A stretch of 64,000 nucleotides of DNA, taken from assembly GCF_009914755.1 (NCBI RefSeq), contig NC_060931.1; one strand, written 5' to 3'. Shown here one piece after another: positions 53,201 to 64,000 of the stretch. How positions within the stretch are numbered: position 1 is the first letter of the stretch; every line of letters begins with the position of its first letter. A program made the position numbers and the translations under genes. A model generated the notes under the pieces. It was not told the origin of the DNA, made no database searches, and saw nothing but the letters and a program-made list of their open reading frames with translations. This stretch comes from the human T2T-CHM13v2.0 reference genome, Homo sapiens.

Positions 53201-55188
53201 TGATTTTTCCCTATTGTTTTTCAACTTTGTATTTTATTCATCTCTGCTTTAGTATTTACTCCATTATTTCTGCTAGGGTTAGGTTTAGCTTTTTTCTTCT
53301 TTTCTTATTTTTTAAGGAATCATGTTAGAATGTTTACTTGAAGTCTTTCTTCTCATATAAGAGAAGAATTTAGAGCTATACATTTCCTTCTTAGTGCTGC
53401 TTTTACTGCAACCCAGAAATTTTGGTATGTTGTGTTTTCACTTCATTCGTTTCAAGATATTTTCTAACTTTTCTTGTGATTTACTATTTGATCCATTTGT
53501 TATTTTGACTGTGTTTTAAATTTCCACATATTTGTGAATTTTTCTGTTTTTTTTTTCTGTTGTTGATTTCTAATTTCTTTCCACTATGTTCAGAAAATAC
53601 ATTTTGTGTGATTTCAATCTTATTTAAAATGTATTAAGACTTGTTATGTAGTATAACATGTGATCTATCCTTGAGAATGTTTCGTATACACTTAAGAAAA
53701 ATGTATATTCTGCTGTTGTTGAGTAGAGTGATCTGTTTATGTCATTTACGTACAATAGTTCTATAGTGTTGTTCAATTCTCTGTGTCTTTGTTGATAGTC
53801 TATCTGGTTATTCTATCCATTATTGAGAGTGAGGTATTGAGGTTTCCTACTATTACTATAGTGCTATTTTTCCCTTCATTTCTGCCAGTATTTGCTTCAT
53901 ATGTTATGAGCTCTCATGATGGGTATCTATGCATCTCTAATTGGTACGTCTTCTTAGTGAATTGACTCTTTTTTTAAAGGGTCAACATAATGTTCTTTGT
54001 CTTTTGCATTTACTTTCTACTTAAAGTTTATTCTATCTGATATTAGAATAGCCACCCTTCTGCCTTTTGGTTACTATTTGCATGAAATGGCTTTTCCATC
54101 ATTTTACTTCTAATCTATGTGTATCCATAGACTTAAAATGTGTCTCTTGTAGAAGGCATGCATTTGGATCCTGATTTTTAGTCAATGCTGCCAATCTATG
54201 TCTTTGGTTTATATATTATTTATATATTGCTTTCCTGATTTTCTTTAGTTCTTTATCCATGTTTTCCTTTAGCTTTTGGAGATTATTTGACAGTTGCTTT
54301 AAAATCTTTATGTAGTATGTGTTTCTTCAGAGACTGTTTCTAGAAACTATTTCTCCTTTTAATGGGTAAGATTTCCCTGTTTTTCTTTGTCTAAATAATC
54401 GTTTGTTGGGAACTGTGCACTTGATAAAATAGCCACTTCTCCTAATTTTTGCAAATTGGTGTGGAATACTTCTGCTAATTAGTGATCCCCTGGGTCTTGA
54501 GATCAGCCTGGGGTAACGGCTTATGGTCTTCATAGTTATTTTCTGGGCATGTAGCCTATCTGAGCCTGTGTAAGTGTGTGCTTTTGCCTCTTTCTTCTGA
54601 TGTTCCTTGGCCACTTTCAAATGCCTTAGTTTTTCAGAAAGTCTCACCTTTTTATCCCAGTGCCTCAAATGTTCTAATGTATTCCCCTATCTATAATCTT
54701 TTGCCTCAGGCACCCATACGCCTGCACTCCTCCTTTAGTTTTCATGTGCTCTGTTGCCCACCAAATGCCTTCCATGGTTTCCAATCTTAGATCTAAACTA
54801 TGCTCTTATTCTTGTGTGCTTGCTGAATCAGGTAAAACAGACACTAGTCCTTTGGGCACTCTACAACCAGGCAAGAATTTTGAAAACGATTTGCACTTTG
54901 CTCTTTCTGCCCTGAAGGAGAGATCAGGAATTGAGCCATTTCTTTGACCCCACCAATATGGGAAGAGGTGAGCAAAGTCAAGTAAAACACCACAGAATTT
55001 TTCCTACCATTTCAATGTGTTTTGTTTGTTTGTTTTTGATTGGGAGTTTGGTTGGTTGCTATAGATCTTAGACTAATTTCCAGAGCTCTTGTAAAGTTGT
55101 TTTAGTCAGTCTGTAGTTGTTTATTTAGTGTTTCCATAGGGACAGGGGAGTTTGGACTTCCTAATCAGACATCTTGCTGATGTCACTC
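50225..55188 (-). mobile_element. Ancient L1MB-like element retaining both ends, internally deleted (~5 kb)
   Basis: 3' end tgtggtaaaatatacataatataaattttaccattttaacc; ORF2 relics; 5' end catcttgctgatgtcactc (reverse complement gagtgacatcagcaagatg, an L1M 5'-terminus motif). Confidence 0.75.
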
Positions 55189-55194
55189 TATCCT

Positions 55195-56686
55195 CTTAAT
55201 CTTTTTAGGGGGCCAATTTTCTGACTAAATACTGGCATTTTGTGAGCTTTTTGACGTTTGAGCAGAAGGTTCTGTAATCACATACTCAGCCTTTTTTTTT
55301 TTCTGCCATGTTATCAATAGCTTTTCTTGACTTTTGCTACCTTTTCTTTTTTTTAACCTGTTGAGGCTGAAACTTATCAAAATTTTACCAGTTTCTTTAC
55401 TGATTTTTTGTTTACTTGTTTGCTTAACATTTCTTTCCTCATTTTATCGCTCTCCTCTCTCATTTTACTGGAAGTTCCAGTAGAAACCAGGCAGCACCTT
55501 CAATTCTTTTTTGGAAATCTCCTTAGCTAAATATCCAACTTTGTTGCTAACAAATTCTGTTTTCCACATAACCACATAACTGCAGAAGACAATTTTGCTA
55601 AGGTTTTTTTTTTTTTTTAAAAAACTAATGATCTAACCAAGGAAATTTAAGTTTCCTCTAGCGTGATTCCAAAAACTCTTTCATCCAAACCCATTCCATG
55701 ATTTCAAGTTACCCTTACTTTTTTAATATTTGTTATGTCACTTCTCCATTTCCAGTTTCCAAAATTTATTTTAGTTTTCTATTGCTATTAATAAATTACC
55801 ATCAACAGAACAGATTAAAACAATACCTATTTATTTTCTCACAGTTTCTTTTGGTCAAGGGGCTGGGCACAGCCCAACAAGTTCTCTGCTTAGGATCTCA
55901 TAAAGCTGAATAAATGTATTATTAAGAGTGCATTTTTATCTAGAGCTCAGGGGTCTCTTCCAAGCTTGTTTAGGTCTTTGGCAGAATCAGTTCCTTGAGG
56001 TGCCCATTTTTTGGCTGGCTGTCAGCTGGGGGCTGCTCTCAATTCTGAGAAGTCACCCTCAGGTCTTAGCTATGTGATAAAATGTTTACAAGAATCTAAT
56101 AATCATATTTTCTTTAAATTCTCTCTTACATATAAAAGTTATTAAAAAATGTATCTCAAAGGAAATGAATGCTAGAAATTAAACTTAGGCAAAATGCTAA
56201 TAACCGAAAGAGAAAATAATGTGTATGTCCAGTTAAAATAAATCTTGACATAAACAGTATCCCAATTATGATATATGCAGGAGGATATTACTACATAGAA
56301 ATTAGATAAGCAAAAAATACATTTATAGAATTAACAAACTTTTGTAATACTATATAATTCCTTTTACATAAAGCTCAAAAACAGGCACAATCATACTAAA
56401 GTGATAGAATTACCCTTTGGCATAAAAAATTTTATAAGAGCTCTGTCAGAAGTAAACTGGAAGTTTACTTCTTCAAAGTGAGGAGGATAATCTGTTTTGA
56501 TTAATTTAAAGGCAACTGATTAGCGTTCTTAATGAGATCTGTAAAATGTCTTCACCTTTGTCATATGACGTAGTTTAATTGTGGGAGTGACAGTGTGTAT
56601 TCAGGGTCTCACTCACACTCAAGGGGAGGGGATTGTACATGGGTTTGAGTCATTGGGGGCCACTTTAGACTTCTTCCTACCAAAAC
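55195..56686 (-). mobile_element. MLT1E-like LTR (~55766-56686, split by an AT-rich insert) with adjoining MaLR internal sequence (~55195-55765)
   Basis: LTR motifs tttattttctcacagtttc, ggcagaatcagttccttg, ctcaaggggaggggatt, gggggccactttaga...cctacca. The internal assignment is by recognition only. Confidence 0.65.
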
Positions 56687-58517
56687 AGTATTATAACAAG
56701 CTAAACTGAATTTCCGCAACTTGAGCCTCTCTTCATATTTATTAGCCATTTGCATTTTCTCTTTGGTAACAATGTTTTTCCTTACCTTTACATATAAATT
56801 ACATATTTATTTAAGAATAGTGTTCTAAATTTATTTTCACTAACATAAACTGCATACATCTTATAGTAAATGGCACAGATGTTAATTGTACAACCAGATG
56901 GATTTTTCCATGGTACATACCTGCGTAACCACCACCCAGATTGAGCTAGAACTTTCCCAGTACTTCAGCAGGCACCCTCACATCCTCTCCAGGTCAAATC
57001 CCTCCTCACAAGGGTAATTGAATTACTTTAGAATAATTGTGCCTGTTTCTGAACTTTATATAAAAGGAATCATACAGTATATATAGAAGTCTGTGTTTTT
57101 TTCTAAGTATTATTTTGTCTCTGAAATTCATCTATGTAATTGCTTGTGTAATTTCTATGTAGTAATATTCCCTGCATATATCATAATTGGTCTCTACATT
57201 CTACCGTTTATGTCAAAATTTATTTAAACTGGACATACACATTATTTCTTTTTTGATTATTAGCATTTTGCCTAAAGGTTTAATTTCTGAGCATTCAGTT
57301 TTAAAAAATATTAGTTAACTTTTATATGTAAGATCGAATTTAATGAAACTATGATTATTAGGTTCTCATAAACATTTTGTTATCGTGAGAAGTTAGAATA
57401 ATTTATGTTGAAGATGTATTGCCTATATATATCCTCTATATAGGATATATATATCCTCTTTATTATGCTTATACATCTGTTTTAGAAACGATAATTTTAT
57501 GTTCTGAATTTGGAGAACATTATTAAAAAACCCATGTAAATAATTTGGAAATAAAACACGTGCAATAAAAGCTAATGCTATATGAAAAAGAGTGATGTTT
57601 TGAATTTAAGAAAGAACCCTGAAGAAAGAAAACTTATGTTTTTATTGCCATTATAAAATATGACATAAAAATGTAATTTTAGTTATCATTCAAATTATAA
57701 ATCTGGGAACTGAAATGTATATTATTTAAGAATCAATTTAAGTATTTCATTACCAAATAAGAAGTAAGTCTAGGATGCATTAAAACAAATTTGATATGAG
57801 ATTGCCTACATTTGCCAATTTTATTATATTCTTCAAATTCCTCCTATAAAACTCCACATGAGGCCTCAACCTAAGTCCAGTTTATGTTACTTAGTAGATG
57901 TAACTTAATCACAACATTAGCTCAGGATATTGGACACAGTGTGCATTAATGTCTTCTAAGTAAAGTGATTTAGTTGCTTTTTGTGTTGTGTGTGTATGTG
58001 ATCTACACTAGAGAAATTCAATTTCTAGAATAGCCATTTACAAAAGCCTTTCTCCTCCTATTGGTGCCCTCAAAGATTACTCTTTTGTTATTGATTCCTA
58101 CTCCTGGGCTGCACCTGCCTATGGGCACCCCTTCTCTCTACAGATGCCATATGTCTTCAGAAATAGTTTTTTAAGGGATAGCTCTGAAATAACTCACTCC
58201 TTGCTTTTCTGAGGGATTGATGAAGACAAAATAAAATATAAAATATATACTTTTTAATCATAGGGACCCTAGTAGCTCCGTAGAAATGAGTTATGAAGAC
58301 CGATGCCTGCAACTGCACTTTTGTCCTTGTCTCTGCACCGCAGAGTGTGGAAGTCACTTCTTCATGGAGAAAGAAACTATTTATTAGCTGCCTGAAGTGG
58401 ATCGGACACTATGATAGGCACTTTACATGATTTGGATTTTCTCACTTCATCATTACAACCAGTTTGCAAACAGACTTTCATATCTCTGTTACTGGATGTT
58501 ATAGAGATGTGATTTGG

Positions 58518-59042
58518 ATTTCTGGGCAGTGTTGAGAGCCCTGTTACTAAGAATCTACTATAGAGACTGCGAACTCTAAATGATAAAAATGCTAACCTTA
58601 CTGCGAAAAAAATGAAAACTGTGCGATGAGTAACAACAAATTAGCATGGTGAAACCTACAAAAGAACTGTGTGCTAAATGTTGGAGGAACATGTAGCACA
58701 GAGTAAATAACTGCTCAGAAGAGCTGAGAGGCTTCCAGAGGAGAGACTGTGTAAACAGAGGCTGTGTGAGTGCTGTACCATGGCCAGTGCCCATGGGGCC
58801 AGCTTTTACTCTAGATCAAGTCAAGTGGCATGAACACACAGAGTGTCCCATCCCACTGCCGAGCTGCTGGGTTGAGGAATCAACCAGTCAAACTCTCACG
58901 TTGCCCATGTGTAAGCGCTTCAAGAAAATGACTTCCCCAGTTGTATTATGACTTCCCCAAGTTGTAGTTGTATTGGCAGCTTGGGCTGCCAAACTGCCAC
59001 AGACTGAGCGGCTTAAACAACAGACATTCATTTCTCACAGTT
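58518..59042 (-). repeat. Left arm of ~500-bp inverted duplication
   Basis: Reverse complement of 59900-60403, colinear end to end. Confidence 0.95.
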
Positions 59043-59374
59043 ATTTTCTAAACCTCTAAACTGAGGTTTAGAGATGTTATCTGATTTGCCCAAACCCTCA
59101 CGAGGTTCAGCATGAAACTCTCATCCAGGCACAATGCCTATATTTATCCTCTTTCTTATGGTTATACATCTGCCATTGCAGTCCCTTTGGGTCCTTTTTT
59201 AAAATAATTTTAATAATTTTTATTTTTTGAAAAGGCTTTTCCAAGGCTCAATATACATAAATCATTGAATTTATAATGTTTAGTATATATTAACTGCTTA
59301 GTGTAATGTTTAGAATATACATAAATCACTGAATTAACTAGTCAGCTTCCTGAGAAATTTAGTGACCTCACAAC

Positions 59375-59535
59375 TGAATGATGACCTGGAGAGTTTGTTA
59401 CAACACAGATTATTGGGTTTCACCCCCAAATCTTCTGACTCAGGAGGTCCAGGATGGGGCCTGAGAACTTGCATTTCTAACGAGTTCTCAGGAGACGCTG
59501 CTAGTCCATGCATCACATCTGGAGATACACTGCCT
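59375..59535. mobile_element. MER5A-like hAT-Charlie element
   Basis: ttctgactcaggaggtccaggatggggcctgagaacttgcatttctaacgagttctcagg. Confidence 0.8.
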
Positions 59536-59619
59536 TGGTGTGATGGAAAAAGAATTCTACTTACAATCATAAGTTATGGGGCTATTCTCTCTTTTATTGG
59601 CCTTCTAGCTGTGCGCTGG

Positions 59620-59979
59620 TGGTACGGACTGAACTGTGTTCCCTGTTTGTTGAAGTCTTAACCCTCAGTACCTCAGCATGTGACTATAGCTAGGACTTTA
59701 AAAAAGGCAATGAGGACTAAATGACATCAAATGGGTGGATCCTTATAAGAACAGGAAATGTACGCATAAAAAGAGACACCAGGGATGCACACACATAGAG
59801 ATAAAACCATGTGAGGGAGAAGAAAGCCGTCGGCAAACCAAGGAGAGAGGCCTCAGGAGAAACCAACCCTGCCCACACCTTGCTCTTCTTGGTGCTGACA
59901 ACTGTGAGATAATGATTGTCTGTTGTTTCAGCAGCTCAGTCTGTGGTAGTTTGTTTGGCAGCCTGAGCTGACTAATACA
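59620..59979 (+). mobile_element. MLT1A/B-like solo LTR
   Basis: ggactgaactgtgttccc...gaagtcttaaccctcagtacctcag...ccaaggagagaggcctcaggagaaaccaaccctgcc...actgtgag...gactaataca. Confidence 0.85.
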
Positions 59980-60403
59980 ACTGGGGAAGTCACTTCCTTG
60001 CTGAGCTTACACATGGGCAATGTGAGAGTTCGGCTGGTTGATTCCTCAGGCCAGCCACTTGACAATGAGATGGGGCTTTCTGTGTGTTCATGCCACTTGA
60101 CTTGATCTAGTGTAAAAGCTGGCCCCCACGGGCACTGGCCATGGCACAGCACTCACGCATCCTCTGTTTACACCATCCCTCCTCTGGAAGCCTCTCAGCT
60201 CTTCTGAGTAGTTATTTACTGTGTCCTACATGTTCCTCCAATATTTAGTACATGCTTCTCTCACAGGTTTCACTTTGCTGATTTGTTGTTACTCATCGCA
60301 TGGTTTTCAGTTTTTCCCAGTAGGTTTAGCATTTTTATCATTTGGAGTCTGCAGGCTCTATAGTAGATTCTTAGTAACAGGACTGTCAACACTGCCCAGA
60401 AAT
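59900..60403 (+). repeat. Right arm of ~500-bp inverted duplication
   Basis: Reverse complement of 58518-59042. The paired ORFs share peptides (GPAFTLDQVKWHEHTE). Confidence 0.95.
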
Positions 60404-60577
60404 TTAACCATGTTTCCCTGGCCAACTCTCACTTCTTGTGCCAAGTCAATTTCAAATGTCCCCTCTCCTCGTGCCTCCGGTTCCTCCTCCTCCCACTCCC
60501 ATTGGAGGAGGGAGTTCCTGCCTCAGAAAGAAAATAAGAGTGAATAAATCCATCCACCTCCCACCCTCTCCCACCTG

Positions 60578-60756
60578 CATCCTCTTTCCTTCCTGTTACA
60601 GGAGGAAACACCCTCTTTCCTTCCTGTTACAGGAGGAAACACCCTCTTTCCTTCCTGTTACAGGAGGAAACACCCTCTTTCCTTCCTGTTACAGGAGGAA
60701 ACACCCTCTTTCCTTCCTGTTACAGGAGGAAACATCCTCTTTCCTTCCTGTTACAG
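60578..60756. repeat. 31-bp minisatellite, ~5.8 copies (ttcctgttacaggaggaaacaccctctttcc)
   Basis: ggaggaaac recurs at 60601, 60632, 60663, 60694 and 60725; units are nearly identical. Confidence 0.97.
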
Positions 60757-60779
60757 AGTAGGGCCCTCTTCCTAGGTGA

Positions 60780-62570
<1,791 letters not shown>

Positions 62571-62814
62571 ACTAACAGACCAGCTGAATGAGAAGGGACA
62601 CCTGCATATCAAGGCAAGTGGTAACCACTTGGCCTTACCTGGGTTCTACTCTAGGGCTTCTGGAATCCATGTATCACTGCACATATCTGGCCTTTGCGGG
62701 CTCTGTCCCACCTACAGAGTGAACAGTCCCACAGTGTTGGCCACACTGATGTGGCCAACTGATGTGGTCCCACTGATGTACCATTGCTTTGGTTACTTTG
62801 TTCGGAATGTAGTT

Positions 62815-62995
62815 TTAAGAGAAGGGGCCTTTTTAAAGAAAGTTTAAAAATCACCTGGGTACTTAGTAAGATGGCATATTCTTAGGCCTAACTTTCACAA
62901 ATTTGGATTCTAAAGACCTAGACATTTACATTAAGGAGCACCCCAAGTTCCTTGATTTAGATGGTCTGTGGCCACTACTATGAGAAACATCCTGT
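62815..62995. mobile_element. MER5-like hAT-Charlie remnant
   Basis: aatcacctggg...cttaggccta...atggtctgtggccactactatgagaaaca; degraded. Confidence 0.55.
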
Positions 62996-64000
62996 TAGAG
63001 TATCTTTAAGCTCAAAGTTTATGTGAAAGATCACAAATCTATCTAATACTGAGTGATTTGGGGAGACATGATTGTTTTCTTTATATAATGCTTTGTCATG
63101 CCCTTTAAAAAAAAAAAAAAAAAAGAAACCTTATTCCCTGATGTGAGACCTGAGATTGCATTTACATTTTCAGCTCTATGATCTGCCACTACCACTTTAC
63201 ATACAGTTCTGTTCCTTTTTTCTCCCACAATTTAATTCTCTGTATTTCATTTCTAATTACTGCTTCTTCTGATGATGGAAAGCAATTTTGGCAGTGATTA
63301 ATTTGAAGGGTCTGCAACCTCTCCTTTGCTTTTTAAGACAATTCTATTTGCACAGCCCATCCTATGAAGGGCTAGTAGAACTCTGCCTCTTCAGAGGGCT
63401 GTTCCAAATTTTTTGGGTGTCTCCAGGCTTAACCATGATGCTAATCCTAGAGTGCTGTCTTTTCTTCTTTAACCAAATTTCCTCAAATTTCAAAAACCAC
63501 CTTCCCTGGAAGCAAGGTGGGAAGGGACATGGCTGCTGCCAATTATGCAGGCCAAAGAAAGTTTGTGTTCCACATTAGCTAAAAGCAGCAGAAAGCTAAT
63601 GGCAGGGTGCTTTGCAGAAAAGAGTCTGCCAAAATAAAATGGAATTGAAATAGATTTGGGCAGGATAAATGCTGGTGGCAGGTGCCAGAAAGCAGCAACT
63701 TCTGTCAGAAGCAGTGAAAAGAGAAGAAAGTGTGTGTAATTCTTGCAGCCATGCAGATCAGAGCTACTAAATAAACCTCCTGAGGTTAATGATAAATAGT
63801 TCCAAACCTCATCTCCTGTACTGGAATATCATATTCCTGTGAGATATTTAACAAAAGATGAGATTAACTCATCTTAAATGCAGTCATTGCCTCAAAAGTG
63901 GGTAATGCAGACAGGACTAGCTCTGAGCAACTTTCACTAACATATCTACCTCCAGGAAGCTAAGGATAAATAGGCCCTTGAAAGCATCTTCAATCCTGTT

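Noticed and set aside
58576-60547. Paired ORFs with similar peptides suggesting a duplicated small gene
   Set aside because: The similarity is a by-product of the DNA inverted duplication. Frames and stops differ between the arms, and there is no coding or splice signature.
60578-60756. CRISPR-like appearance (31-bp palindromic repeats)
   Set aside because: Head-to-tail units with no unique spacers, no cas genes, and a primate intron context: this is a minisatellite.

Overview
This is primate (almost certainly human) genomic DNA from the interior of ABCA13, an ABCA-subfamily lipid transporter, on the + strand. Seven GT-AG coding exons (4535-4672, 5753-5933, 8634-8852, 20396-20592, 27233-27390, 29074-29304, 44490-44595) splice in frame. 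They encode the end of the TMD1 linker, an intact NBD1 (Walker [10 protein letters not shown]-loop CPQQD, signature LSGGL, Walker B/D-loop [12 protein letters not shown]-loop TTHH) and regulatory domain 1 (TTLEE|VFL). From memory these are about exons 36-42; I could not verify the numbering. The remaining ~98% is intron, dense in Alu, L1, L2, MIR, MaLR LTR and DNA-transposon relics; repeat subfamily names are by recognition, not by alignment. I found no new gene or biological system, and nearly all ORFs in the supplied track are noise. The most unusual structures seen directly are: (1) a 484-bp orphan retroposed insert with AATAAA, a poly(A) tail and a 16-bp target-site duplication that is not an Alu or L1 3' end (13717-14200); (2) a ~500-bp old inverted duplication of mostly unique sequence that can fold into a long pre-mRNA hairpin (58518-60403); (3) convergent Alus bracketing the H-loop and R1 exons, which predicts circRNAs; (4) an apparently twin-primed Alu and a twin-primed L1; (5) a 31-bp palindrome-bearing minisatellite; (6) a 367-nt polypyrimidine tract grown from an Alu tail.
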